Shown piece after piece: positions 35,860 through 45,972 of a stretch of DNA of 60,930 bases. The stretch lies in the IMG/VR virus record IMGVR_UViG_3300037119_001810, positions 1 through 60,930 of that record; one strand, 5' to 3'. Source of the stretch: a virus. Taxonomy: Duplodnaviria > Caudoviricetes. The number at the start of each line of letters is the position of its first letter. The first letter of the stretch is position 1. The position numbers and the translations under genes were made by a program. The notes beneath the pieces were generated by a model that was not told the DNA's origin, did no database searches, and saw only the letters and a program-made list of their open reading frames with translations.

Positions 35860-36557
35860 TGCTGCTCATCTGTCCTGTCAGGCCCGGTGACACCAACGAG
35901 GAACTGCGCTACGCGCTGCGCTCGTGGGAGACCAACCTCATCCTCGGTGAGCCACACACGCTGCTGGTGGTGGGGCACAGGCCGAAGTGGCTGACTCCCG
36001 ACGAGTTCGTGCCCGGCAACAAGTACAAGTCCGCGCCGCTGGCTGTGTTCGACAACATCCTGCGAGCGTCCCGGTGGGTAGCGGAGGACGTAGAGGACGC
36101 GCTCTACATGAACGACGACTTCTTCTGCCTCGACCCGGTGGGAGCAGTCCTGCCAGTGCGCCGGAACTGCTCGCTGGCCGACCACATCGCCATGTTCCCC
36201 GAGAACTCGGCCCTCTGGTGGCCCCGCAGCCTCCGTCTAACGGCCTCGTGGCTGGCCGGTGAGGGTTTCCCCCACCCGGACTCCTACGAGGTCCACAGGC
36301 CCCTCCCAGCGCCTCCCAGCGCCATGTTTGAGGCACTGTCTAGGTGGGATGGGGGCATGGAGGGCTCTGTTCCCCAGTGGAGGACCGTCTACGGCACCCT
36401 CAACAAGATCGACGCGTACCCCGTGGTCGATGCGAAACTCGGGTTGAAGGCCAGCGGGGTCGGCACCCCGTGGGTGTCCACCTCGGACCAGACGTGGCGT
36501 CGGTACATGGTCAACATGCAGAGGCGTTTCCAGAAACCGTCCCGCTGGGAGAGTTAG
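35859..36557 (+). CDS. Stealth-like sugar-phosphate transferase / glycosyltransferase
   Basis: EELRYALRS and LYMNDDFF resemble Stealth conserved region 2; YEVHRP. Confidence 0.6.
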   Translation: MLLICPVRPGDTNEELRYALRSWETNLILGEPHTLLVVGHRPKWLTPDEFVPGNKYKSAPLAVFDNILRASRWVAEDVEDALYMNDDFFCLDPVGAVLPVRRNCSLADHIAMFPENSALWWPRSLRLTASWLAGEGFPHPDSYEVHRPLPAPPSAMFEALSRWDGGMEGSVPQWRTVYGTLNKIDAYPVVDAKLGLKASGVGTPWVSTSDQTWRRYMVNMQRRFQKPSRWES

Positions 36558-37288
36558 TTCTCCGAGAGGAACGCCACGTTGGCGAGGCTGATCCACGTGG
36601 ACGAGATGGACACGTTGGTCTTGACCGCCCCGGTCGCGTAGATGTTGAGCACGCCAGCGACGCCGCCACCACTGGGCGCGATCTGGTGCTTGTCGCTGCC
36701 GGGGCGGTAGCCCGCCTCCAACTCGAAGATCGTCGTGCCCGGCGTGACGGTGCCGCCGGAGATGAACCCCCGCAGGTAGGTCATCCCGTCCTTGCGCATG
36801 TACGCGGCTGTCTCCCAGCCACCACCGTAGTTGCCCCACCCGCCTTGGAACGCGGGCGCACCGGCAGAGCCAATCTCCACCCAGTCGGTGTCCGGCGGGT
36901 CGAACTTCCACGGGCTCCAATAGATCGAGCCCGGATCGTAGGGGCCACGCTCGAAGGTACGGCGATAGGCCGTGCTGTCCACCAGCCCGTAGAACACCTG
37001 CACGCCACCCAGTTCGGAGTCCGAGGAAGTGATCCCGACGTAGGGCTGCTCGACAGGCGGTGCGTTGGCTGCGCCCGCGTCTGCACCGAAGTACCCGTTG
37101 TACGTGGCGAGCAGGTCGTTGAAGTCGGTGATCCGGATGGCGTTCGCACCGATGCCGGGGCCGACCAGATCGGAGCCCTTGCGGATGACAGGGCGGCGGT
37201 CCGCGATCTGCAACTTCCTCTGCTGGTGCCCGAAGTAGTCGCCCGCGTTGGTCTCGGTGCGCCAGTTGCTGCTCTGTCCGCCGCTCAC
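36554..37288 (-). CDS. Minor tail protein
   Basis: End of the tail operon; the C-terminus YMRKDGMTYLRG...IFELEAGYRP is typical of tail-tip/fibre proteins. Confidence 0.7.
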   Translation of the reverse strand: MSGGQSSNWRTETNAGDYFGHQQRKLQIADRRPVIRKGSDLVGPGIGANAIRITDFNDLLATYNGYFGADAGAANAPPVEQPYVGITSSDSELGGVQVFYGLVDSTAYRRTFERGPYDPGSIYWSPWKFDPPDTDWVEIGSAGAPAFQGGWGNYGGGWETAAYMRKDGMTYLRGFISGGTVTPGTTIFELEAGYRPGSDKHQIAPSGGGVAGVLNIYATGAVKTNVSISSTWISLANVAFLSEN

Positions 37289-40200
37289 TCGCCCTCCTCC
37301 TCAACCACAGCCGCGTCGTCACGCGAGAAGGGGGACAGCGTAATCGAGACCGTCTCCTTGCCCGCCTCCTCGACCACCTTCACGGCGTCCAACTTCTGCG
37401 AGGCGACCACCGAGCGCAGCGTGCCGTTGGACCGCAGGGGGACGACCACACCGGGCACGAGGTGCTGGATCGAGATGACCGTGTCCGGGTTCAGCGTCGT
37501 GTTGTCCGGCACCCGAACGATGACGGGCGGCGGGTAGCGGTTGCTGATGGAGCGATCAGCGAAGTCCTCGAAGGACTCGATGACGGTAGCCAGCCCCTCC
37601 TGCGTGTAGGTCCCCGTCTCCTCCTCGGAGTCCGAGGCCCACGTGCTGCTCAGCATCTCGACCAGCCCGTAGGTCTCGTCGTTTCCAGAAACCAGCCGGT
37701 TCGCCTCGCCGTGGATTCCGTTGCCGTCCGAGACCGAGTACACGTTCGCCATGCTCATGCCGTACTCGCTGACGATGGGCGAGTCCCCCAAGTCGGCGTC
37801 GCGGAACTCCGGCAGGGTGCCGATTCGGTGCTTGGTTCCCCACAGCAGGATCGAGCGACCGACGGCGGCGTAGTCAAGCCCGGCGTTCGCTGCCATGTCG
37901 TCAATCTCCTCGAAGGCGGTACGGCTGTAGGCCGGGGTGGACCTGTACTGCATCGCGTCGTCGGAGCGGGAGAGCACCTGCAGGTAGGACAGGATGTTCG
38001 GGTCATCGGGGGCGAACACGTTCTGCAGGACCCGGCGAGCCCGGTCGACCACAGTGGTTCCGTGGCCGCTGCCGGTGTCGTTCATCTGCTGCTTGATGAT
38101 CCGCCGGTAGGCGTAGCCCATCACGTCCTTGGCGTCGATGGTCACCTTGTCCCGCTGGTAGGTGAGCAGGGTGATCGGCCCCTCCCACACGCGGTCCTTG
38201 GAGAAACCGTTGTCCCGCCAGATGACCAGTTCGTAGGCCCACGTCTGCAGCCGGGCGAGCAGGTTCCCGCAGTCCACGTCCCAGCCGGAGATGACGACCT
38301 CGGCGGTGCTGATGTCGTCGCGCTTGCGCTCCCAGTCCAAGTGGCTGATGCTGCCCAGCACCCCGACACGCTCCACGCCACCCCGTCGGTAGACCTCGAC
38401 CGTGTGCTTGCCACAGCCCAGCGTCGCCCCGTCAAGGGTGCCTGTGGGGATCGGGCGGACCTCGCCGGTAGCCCCGGCGGGGACGACCCAGAAGCGGGCG
38501 GGCTCACTGAACCCGGACTCCTCAAAGTCGGTGTCGGTGGTCTGCACCCGCCACTCGTAGTGGTTGGTCGCCTCGATGTGGAAGGAGTCCAGTCCGGTCC
38601 CGCTGGCCGTCAAGGTCAGGTCATCGAGTCGCCAGTCACCCGCATAGCCGTCGGTGATGTTGGTGTTTGCCGAGACGTAGACCAGCAGTCTCTCGCCCTC
38701 GGGGTGCCGCTTGAAGGACAGACGGTCCATGTCGGAGTTGATCGGGGTCATCTCCGAGAGACGGAACCAGCCACCGGTGTCCGGAACGCCTATCTCAGTT
38801 GGGGCGGCGGAAAAGAGGAACGCGGCGTACGGGTAGTTCATGTCGAGGCCCGAGCCATCCGGAAGGGTGGGGAAACTGTACCCAACAGTCAGGTCATCGT
38901 TGTACCAGACCATCTGGATAAGCAAGAACCCGTCCACGCCGGGCGGAATCCAGACCCACCCGTCCAGAGCGAAGGCGTTGTACTCCTCTGGAACCGTGAT
39001 GGTCTGCATGGTGACGGAGGTCGAACCGTCGTTCGTGGCCCCCGCTGTGTTGCTCAGTTTCATGTAGCGGGAGCCGGAGTGCGCGTTGGCCCCGTTGAGC
39101 ACGTTCGTGATGACGCTGGTCGGGTCCTCACCGTTGTAGTTGACGAACCAGTTGCCCGTGGTGCCGCCCTCGAAGTTGCCATCGGTCATCAGGTCTGCTT
39201 CGGGGATGTCGTCCTGCAGGAGGGTGAACGGCAGGTCGACGTACTCCTCGCTGCTGGCTCCGTCGAACACGGTGGCCCACTCCGGGTCACCGACCTTCCT
39301 GATCTGCACCGTCCGGAGGTACTGGTCGCGCGGGGGCTGGTACGTGTTGCGGTAGTTCCACCGCAGTTGCACGGAGTCGAGGTTTCCAGAAACCGCGATG
39401 TCGTCCTTGGGGTACACCGGCAGCGCAGGCGGGACCTGCGCCGGGATCGTGAAGCGCACCGGGTCCGACCACGGCGAGCGGTCCTGCTCGGGATAGGTGT
39501 CCTTGGCCGGTTCGAGCAGCCAGTTGGTCGCAGGGTTGATCCCCAGCGGACCGGGCTCGGTGACGACCGTTCCCTTGTTCGGGTACGGGTGGCCGTAGTC
39601 GAACGTCCGTGCCCTGATCTGCCACTCACCCGAGGGGAGAGCGCCCTTGCCCGGCTGGTGGTCCAGTGGTCCGTCAGGCCCCGCGCACACGATGGGGAAC
39701 CCGAGGTTGGCGATCATCGCCTCGTGGTAGGGGGTGCCCGGCAGTCCAGCCCAGTAGCGCGAGCCCCTGATGTGCCAAGCCTCACGCCGGACAGTGACCC
39801 ACTCACCAGCCCCCGAGTGGTAGAACTGCCAGTCGAACGGCATGTCTCGCCAGTCGGGGTCCGGGCTGTCCACGGTTGGCGCAGGCCGGTACTGGACGTG
39901 CAGCCCGTTCACGTCGTTGTTGTACTTCGCCGCGTCCTCCGGAGCCACCTCGTCCGGGTCAGCGGGGTTGATGAGCAACTGGACTTCGGTGCCCGGCAGG
40001 CCGAGCGAGCCGTTGACCGGGGAGACGATGGTCGGCTTCGCGGGGGTGCGGCTCGACCAGAACGACAGCGCGCGCCCGACGACGTTGATGTTGGCACCCG
40101 CGATGGGGGCATCGTTGGTCTTGCTCCACAGAGCGGAGTCGTTGATGATCGCGGAGGGGTAGAGCAGGACCCACCACTTGGTGTTCCAGAAGAACCCGCT

Positions 40201-40608
40201 GCTCGGGCTGGTGGGCAACTCGTACGTGTGCGTGATGGGGCCGGAGGTCGCGTACTCCGTGGACCGCCGACCGAGGTCGATCTTGTCCATCGGCAGGGCG
40301 AATATCTCCGCTGGCGTGGGGATGTAGCCCTCGGGGAACGCGCTGGCCCGGCAGATAATCATGCCGACGCCCAACTTCTTGCCGGGGTTCGCCGCGAAGT
40401 CCCCGGTGCTGAACGTCAGCGGGGCCTGCGCCATCAGGTTGTTGGGGTACGTCGTGAGGTTGAGCCCCGGACCCATGGGAACGGCGAGGCGGGTGATCGC
40501 CTCCACGTCGACTGAGCCCGGCGAGGCGAAGTGGTAGAGGCCCTTCTTCAAGCGCTTGGTGAGGGCGTCGTAACCCGCCAAGGTTCCGTCCCCGGACCAA
40601 GCCACCAT
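37285..40608 (-). CDS. Large minor tail protein (Ig/FN3-like + carbohydrate-binding insert + Gp37-like hub)
   Basis: 1107 aa downstream of the Dit-like gene; DGNFEGG..W...AHSG CBM-like segment; C-terminal ELVIWRD...VWEGPI. Confidence 0.75.
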   Translation of the reverse strand: MVAWSGDGTLAGYDALTKRLKKGLYHFASPGSVDVEAITRLAVPMGPGLNLTTYPNNLMAQAPLTFSTGDFAANPGKKLGVGMIICRASAFPEGYIPTPAEIFALPMDKIDLGRRSTEYATSGPITHTYELPTSPSSGFFWNTKWWVLLYPSAIINDSALWSKTNDAPIAGANINVVGRALSFWSSRTPAKPTIVSPVNGSLGLPGTEVQLLINPADPDEVAPEDAAKYNNDVNGLHVQYRPAPTVDSPDPDWRDMPFDWQFYHSGAGEWVTVRREAWHIRGSRYWAGLPGTPYHEAMIANLGFPIVCAGPDGPLDHQPGKGALPSGEWQIRARTFDYGHPYPNKGTVVTEPGPLGINPATNWLLEPAKDTYPEQDRSPWSDPVRFTIPAQVPPALPVYPKDDIAVSGNLDSVQLRWNYRNTYQPPRDQYLRTVQIRKVGDPEWATVFDGASSEEYVDLPFTLLQDDIPEADLMTDGNFEGGTTGNWFVNYNGEDPTSVITNVLNGANAHSGSRYMKLSNTAGATNDGSTSVTMQTITVPEEYNAFALDGWVWIPPGVDGFLLIQMVWYNDDLTVGYSFPTLPDGSGLDMNYPYAAFLFSAAPTEIGVPDTGGWFRLSEMTPINSDMDRLSFKRHPEGERLLVYVSANTNITDGYAGDWRLDDLTLTASGTGLDSFHIEATNHYEWRVQTTDTDFEESGFSEPARFWVVPAGATGEVRPIPTGTLDGATLGCGKHTVEVYRRGGVERVGVLGSISHLDWERKRDDISTAEVVISGWDVDCGNLLARLQTWAYELVIWRDNGFSKDRVWEGPITLLTYQRDKVTIDAKDVMGYAYRRIIKQQMNDTGSGHGTTVVDRARRVLQNVFAPDDPNILSYLQVLSRSDDAMQYRSTPAYSRTAFEEIDDMAANAGLDYAAVGRSILLWGTKHRIGTLPEFRDADLGDSPIVSEYGMSMANVYSVSDGNGIHGEANRLVSGNDETYGLVEMLSSTWASDSEEETGTYTQEGLATVIESFEDFADRSISNRYPPPVIVRVPDNTTLNPDTVISIQHLVPGVVVPLRSNGTLRSVVASQKLDAVKVVEEAGKETVSITLSPFSRDDAAVVEEEGE

Positions 40609-40638
40609 CTGCGTACTCCTCTATCGTTTCTGGAAACC

Positions 40639-41871
40639 CTAGTCGGACTTGGCGGTGAACGCCGCAGAGAGCCGAACGTCCCCGTCGCCCTCGACCCCGG
40701 AACCCTCGGTGAACACGTCGAGCGTGACCAGCAGATTGTCGGGATCGTTGAACGCCGTCCACTCTACAGGCTTGGCGTCGGGCGAGTAGACGAGACTGTC
40801 GGTGCGGCGCACGTAGTCGCTGACGCCATCCCAGACGTACGCGGCCTTCTGCTCGCCGTCGATGATGAACTCGTCCCCGGCGGGGAGGTAGGACACGACG
40901 ACGCTGAACAGCGGCCCGCACTGGTCACTGGTCAGGGAGTCGCCCGGCCACACCGAGACGCGCACCATCCGGGCGTCGGTGTCGGTGGTCAGGGTCAGCA
41001 CCGGGACGACGTTCAAGGTGTGCGGCTCCGGTGCGGAGAGCCGAGCCCAGAAGCGGTCGAAGGTCATGCCCTCCGAGATGTTCCAGCCAGCCGGGTAGAA
41101 CTCCGGCGCGGTCGGGCTCGCCACCAGCGCAGGGTGCAGGGGGTCGTAGATCGGCGTGTAGTCGTAGACCGGGCACGAGGTCTCCACCAGTGCCAGCGAA
41201 CCGGACACGATGATGTCGCCCTCCGGGTCCAGCCCGCCGAGGTCGGTCAGCAGGGTGACGGGCTCGCCGTACTCGAACGGGTCGTCACAGGTCAGCGTGA
41301 ACGTAGCCAGCCACGTGACCGAGCACTCGACCGACCGCTTGCGGGTGACGGAGGTCCCTCGGGTCAGGCGTACCTGCCTGCGGTGCGCTACGGGGGCGTC
41401 AGCGGCCTTGTAGCGCATGTACCGAAGGTCGGAGCCCGAGCAGGCGTTGCGGCCCGCAGAGGCCCGCAGGATGCGATCCAGCCACCGCTTGCCGTACTCC
41501 GCCCCCCGGTCCGTACTGGCGACGAGGGCGACAGAGGCCACGATGGGCAGGGTGGCGTTGCGCTGCTGGCCGGAGCGCCCGCCGTCGGTGACGTACTCGG
41601 TGGTCGACGCCTCGGTGGTGGAGTCGTCCAGTCCGGGGAACCCGAGCGGGACGATCCCGGCGAACTCCATGCTGGCCGGGTGGGACGCGTCGTACCAAGG
41701 CGCTTCGGTGATCGCGTCGTAGTCGACACCGCCCCGTGCGTCCTCGATCCACTGCACGGTGCCGGGGGTGATCCACACGGAGTCGATGCCGAGCGCTCCC
41801 GCCAACTGCGCGGTGCGGGAGAGGTTGACAATCTCCGTGCCGTTGAACTCGATCCAGCCGTCGTATGCCAT
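40639..41871 (-). CDS. Minor tail protein (distal tail-like)
   Basis: Immediately after the tape measure gene; GTEIVNLSR and DPFEYG motifs. Confidence 0.75.
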   Translation of the reverse strand: MAYDGWIEFNGTEIVNLSRTAQLAGALGIDSVWITPGTVQWIEDARGGVDYDAITEAPWYDASHPASMEFAGIVPLGFPGLDDSTTEASTTEYVTDGGRSGQQRNATLPIVASVALVASTDRGAEYGKRWLDRILRASAGRNACSGSDLRYMRYKAADAPVAHRRQVRLTRGTSVTRKRSVECSVTWLATFTLTCDDPFEYGEPVTLLTDLGGLDPEGDIIVSGSLALVETSCPVYDYTPIYDPLHPALVASPTAPEFYPAGWNISEGMTFDRFWARLSAPEPHTLNVVPVLTLTTDTDARMVRVSVWPGDSLTSDQCGPLFSVVVSYLPAGDEFIIDGEQKAAYVWDGVSDYVRRTDSLVYSPDAKPVEWTAFNDPDNLLVTLDVFTEGSGVEGDGDVRLSAAFTAKSD

Positions 41872-41872
41872 G

Positions 41873-44800
41873 TCAGGGGAGCCTTCCCACTACTTCGTTC
41901 AGCACCTCGTTGGCGACGGCCATCGGGTCCTCGGTCGGGGTGTTGACCACGAGGTCGCGGAACATAGGCCCGCGCTCGTTTCCAGAAACCCCCGGACCAC
42001 CCGCCGGAGGAGGTCCGCCGCCGGGGTTGATGGAGATGAACCGGGCCAGCGCCTCGCTGGCGTTTCCGACCTTGACGTGCTGGTCCTGCAGGCCGAGCAC
42101 AGCGCCGTCGCCCACGTCTCCCATCATGGCCCGCAGGACACGGGACGGGGACGCGATGCCGAGGGCTCGCTTGATCTGTGCGGCGATGCTGACACCGAGG
42201 TTGTAGGCAGCCGCGTCGAGGTGGGCCGACAGGCTGGTGAGGCCGTCCACGAGACCCTGCGCAGCGTCCACACCGGCCTGATACATCCGGCTGCTGGTCT
42301 CGTCCCCGAGGGTGTCCGCGATGCTGTTGATCTGGCCGACCAGCGAGTTCACGTTCTGGATGGAGCCGTTGCCGCCGCTGAGCAGTGCCTCCGCGAACGT
42401 CGAGCCCTGCTCGACCCCGGCGTCCACGATCTGCTTGTACGCGTCGTTGGACAACCCCTGAGCCAGCAGCAGTTTGAGGTTGGTCTGGAACGCCTTGATC
42501 TTGTCGAGCCGGGTCTGCAGGTTCGACGTGATGTCGGTGGCCGTGAGCGCCTGCTCCACCCCCGCGATGCTCTGCGCCTGAGCGGAGAGCAGGGAGCCGA
42601 ACGACTTGATCGACTCGGCCACCTGATTGCGGTAGTCGTCGCGCATGGCGATGGCGTCCTGCAACTTGCTGTTCGCATCCGACAGCATGTCGGCCAGCCG
42701 TTCGCGCGCCTCTGCGAACTCCGCCAGCGTGACGTTGGTCGTGGCGAGTCCGGCCAGCATCCGCTGGACGTTGGACTCCTTGATGACCCGCTGCGTGTTG
42801 AGGATCTGTGCGGCCCTGTTGAGCCGGGTCTGGTTGGCGAGCGCGGCCTTCAAGTCCCGCTGCGCCGCCTTCACCTTCGCCAGCGCCACCTTGGCAGCCT
42901 TCTTGCTGGTCGCGTTGGCGAGACTCGACGCGGCGCTGTTGAGGGCAGAGCGGGCGGTGTTGACGGACTCCGCCCCGCCGGTCGTGAGGTTGCCCATCAG
43001 GGTGTTGAGCGAGTCCTGCACGTTGCTGCCACCGGAAGCCCTCGCGGCGTCCTGCGCACCCTTGGCCGCTGCCTTGTTCAGCGTGAGCATCGCGTTCTTG
43101 ATCTGCGACGAGACCGACGGCCCCTGCTTGATGAGCGAGTTGGCCCACTTCTTCCACGGGTTGCGCCACTGCTTCTTCGGCTTGTACCCACCACGGTCAA
43201 TCGACGTTGCGTTGAGCGCGTCCAGCCCGAGCGACTGCAACTTGGGCATCGTGAACTTCGGCATCTCCGGCATCTGGAACGACTGCGAACCGAGACCCGA
43301 CGCGGCGAGCAGGGAGTTCCCGATGGAGAACGCCGCCGCACCGACGCGCTGAGCGGTCCGCTCGGCGGAGTCACCGACCACGCCGAAGGCCGCTGAGAGA
43401 ACCTGCAGCGGACCCATGGCAATCGACAGAGCCTTGGGGAGCGCCCACCCGATCACGCTGACCAGCGGCCCGAGCAACTGGGTGATGATGTTGATGATGG
43501 TGGCGAGGTGGCCCAACCCGTCCCCGACGCCCTTGATGACCCCGGAGTTGTAGAGCGAGATGAACGCGTTGCCTATCGCCTCGATGACGGCCCACAGTTG
43601 GGAGCCGAACTGGATGGCGTCGTTGAACCACCGCTGCAGCGAACCGTCGGCCTGCGCCCTCGTGATGGCGTCGGTGAAACTCTGGAACTTCCGGGACATG
43701 GCGTCAAAGACCGTGTTGCCTGCGGTCATCGCCTCCGGCGAGAACAACAACTTGCCGATGAACTCACCGAAGTCCCTGACGAAGCCCCACAGGGACTTCA
43801 ACGACAGGACCGCACGGTCAACGAACGTGGTGATGGCGTTCTGCCCCTGCGCCGAGGTGGCCCAGTTGGAGAAGCGCTCCCCGACCTGCGCGAGGTAGCC
43901 CGCGAACTGGTTGATGTACGGCATGAGCGCGGAGAACACACCCATCAGGCCGTTGAGGAAGCCACCGAGCGCCGTTGCCAGCCGGGTGACGATGCTGGGG
44001 AGGTAGACGGCGAGCGACTGCGAGAACATCTGGAAGCCCGGCCCCGACAGCGAGGCGGTGATGATGTTGCCTGCCTCAGCGAACGCCTTGCCCATGACCT
44101 GCGCCACCGGCACCGCCTGCATCAGCGCCTTCTGCAGGTTCATCGACCACGTGTCGAAGGCAGGAACCATGTCCTCCAACATGATCTGCCCGAGGCCGAC
44201 CATCTCCTCCTTCAACGGCCTGAACGCGGAGTCGAGGAGTTCCTTCTGCGCGTCGGTCATCGACATGAACGCGTTGGTCAGCAGGCCCCCGGCGATGACC
44301 ACGGTCCCGATGATCCCAGCGAGCCCGATGAGGCTGGCAACGAGAGCGCCCGCGATGGTGGCGGCAAGCGCTGTGACGAGGCCGAGCAGTGCGCCAACCA
44401 CGGAGGCCATCATCGCAAGAGCGACGACGACGATCCCGATGGCAGCGGCAGCCGCCGGACCGGACTTCGCCAGCCCCGCCATGAACCCGGCCCCGCCGCT
44501 GCCCATGCCAGCGAAGCCGCCCATCACCTTCTGCAGGAAGGACGCGTTGCTCGCAACCGAGGAGAACCCCGTGGTGAACGTCCCGAACATCTTGCCTGCG
44601 CCCTTGGTGACCTTGTCCATGATGCCGACCATGCCGCCGAGGGTCCTGCCGAAGATGTTGAGGAAGTTGTTACGCGAGTGCGCACCGAACAACCGACCGA
44701 TCCTGTCGGACAGGTCGCGTTCCTGACGGCCCCCGAGACCGCCCCCTCGGTTTCCAGAAACCCCGCCCCTGCCGATCAGGCCCTCGGCCTCCATGACCTT

Positions 44801-45244
44801 GCGGAGTTGACGCTCCAACCGGGTCGCAGAGTTCTCGGCGGTGCGCAGGGCGTGGGCCATCACGTCCAACTTGGCGGTGCTGGTCCGCTTGTTCAGCGCC
44901 TCGTCCAGCCGCTCCGACATCCGAGCCACAACTTCATCGGCGTCTCCGAGACGGGTACGAAGGGACTGCACCATGGCACTGCCCAACCGCTCACCCGATT
45001 CGGTCCCGGCCTTGTCCATGTCCGGACCCATCCGCGCAGCGAGTTGCCTGCCGAACTTGTTGCGGAGGCGGGAGATGAATCCCTCGGAGAAGTGATCCCC
45101 GTACCGCTTGCCGTGCCGTTCACCGGCCTTCTCGACTCCCGGCCCGGCCTCGTCAACCGAGTCGACAATCTCCTCGTTGATGCCATCGCCGTCAACGCTG
45201 AGGGCGACGTGGGCATTGGCGACTCGTGTACCGCGCCTCATCAA
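41873..45244 (-). CDS. Tape measure protein
   Basis: 1123 aa, Ala/Gly-rich helical, hydrophobic segments, LGIASPSRV motif; follows the TAC genes. Confidence 0.9.
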   Translation of the reverse strand: MMRRGTRVANAHVALSVDGDGINEEIVDSVDEAGPGVEKAGERHGKRYGDHFSEGFISRLRNKFGRQLAARMGPDMDKAGTESGERLGSAMVQSLRTRLGDADEVVARMSERLDEALNKRTSTAKLDVMAHALRTAENSATRLERQLRKVMEAEGLIGRGGVSGNRGGGLGGRQERDLSDRIGRLFGAHSRNNFLNIFGRTLGGMVGIMDKVTKGAGKMFGTFTTGFSSVASNASFLQKVMGGFAGMGSGGAGFMAGLAKSGPAAAAAIGIVVVALAMMASVVGALLGLVTALAATIAGALVASLIGLAGIIGTVVIAGGLLTNAFMSMTDAQKELLDSAFRPLKEEMVGLGQIMLEDMVPAFDTWSMNLQKALMQAVPVAQVMGKAFAEAGNIITASLSGPGFQMFSQSLAVYLPSIVTRLATALGGFLNGLMGVFSALMPYINQFAGYLAQVGERFSNWATSAQGQNAITTFVDRAVLSLKSLWGFVRDFGEFIGKLLFSPEAMTAGNTVFDAMSRKFQSFTDAITRAQADGSLQRWFNDAIQFGSQLWAVIEAIGNAFISLYNSGVIKGVGDGLGHLATIINIITQLLGPLVSVIGWALPKALSIAMGPLQVLSAAFGVVGDSAERTAQRVGAAAFSIGNSLLAASGLGSQSFQMPEMPKFTMPKLQSLGLDALNATSIDRGGYKPKKQWRNPWKKWANSLIKQGPSVSSQIKNAMLTLNKAAAKGAQDAARASGGSNVQDSLNTLMGNLTTGGAESVNTARSALNSAASSLANATSKKAAKVALAKVKAAQRDLKAALANQTRLNRAAQILNTQRVIKESNVQRMLAGLATTNVTLAEFAEARERLADMLSDANSKLQDAIAMRDDYRNQVAESIKSFGSLLSAQAQSIAGVEQALTATDITSNLQTRLDKIKAFQTNLKLLLAQGLSNDAYKQIVDAGVEQGSTFAEALLSGGNGSIQNVNSLVGQINSIADTLGDETSSRMYQAGVDAAQGLVDGLTSLSAHLDAAAYNLGVSIAAQIKRALGIASPSRVLRAMMGDVGDGAVLGLQDQHVKVGNASEALARFISINPGGGPPPAGGPGVSGNERGPMFRDLVVNTPTEDPMAVANEVLNEVVGRLP

Positions 45245-45526
45245 CTACCCCTTCGCCATCATGCTCATAAACGACTCCGACTCCATGTCTACGGCTGCCT
45301 CGCTGGTCGAGTCCTGCCAAGGCAGGAGGTCACCTAGGTCGGACAGCCACTCATCGAGTTTATCGTGCTCGACCCTCTCGATGGCCCAAGAGTAGACCAA
45401 GTTGGCGAAACGGTGGGGACGCTGGCGTATCAGGTTGATCTGGTAGTACGCCGCGTCTAGTTCGGCCCACCGCTCGGCTGCGATGGAGCAGAGCCGGACG
45501 GCGACTGGGTAGGGCGGGCGAACCAC
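45245..45526 (-). CDS. Tail assembly chaperone, frameshifted extension
   Basis: ORF in the -1 frame overlapping the TAC 3' end, directly upstream of the tape measure gene. Confidence 0.7.
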   Translation of the reverse strand: MVRPPYPVAVRLCSIAAERWAELDAAYYQINLIRQRPHRFANLVYSWAIERVEHDKLDEWLSDLGDLLPWQDSTSEAAVDMESESFMSMMAKG

Positions 45527-45906
45527 TCCTCGGTCAGGTGCTCGAAGATCTGCTCCACCATCGGCATCTTCAAGCGGCGCTTGGGATCGCGGTCGAGCAG
45601 CCGACCTTCGAGGTAGTCCTGATCCTCGTCACGCAGCGAGGACAGCATGATGTTGATGATCGCAGCGAACCGCTGGTCCTGCGACTGACCGCGACCCAGT
45701 GCCGCGAGCATGAACGCCAGTTGGCCGTCGGTGGGCATGTAGGCCCGGAGCACCCGGTCGTCCACCTTGAACTCGACGTACGGGTCCTCATCGACCTCCG
45801 CCTCGGCTTCCTCCCGCGACTTGCCCTGCTCGACCAGCGCGACGATCTTCGCCTCGCGCTCGTCGTCCGCGACGACTTCCTCGACCGCTGTGATGAACTC
45901 CTTCAC
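45457..45906 (-). CDS. Tail assembly chaperone
   Basis: GAAGGAG RBS before GTG 45906; PTDGQLA and EEWFARPT motifs; position. Confidence 0.75.
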   Translation of the reverse strand: MKEFITAVEEVVADDEREAKIVALVEQGKSREEAEAEVDEDPYVEFKVDDRVLRAYMPTDGQLAFMLAALGRGQSQDQRFAAIINIMLSSLRDEDQDYLEGRLLDRDPKRRLKMPMVEQIFEHLTEEWFARPTQSPSGSAPSQPSGGPN

Positions 45907-45972
45907 GGGAGTCTCCTTCTCTAGTGGGAACCCTAACGTGTCGTACGGTACCACGGTTTCCAGAAACCACGA

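Noticed and set aside
37462-40515. Long antisense ORFs (e.g. 37462-40515 +, 27293-29350 -, 43508-45337 +, 60-779 +)
   Set aside because: These are shadow ORFs typical of high-GC DNA, opposite genes with clear motifs.
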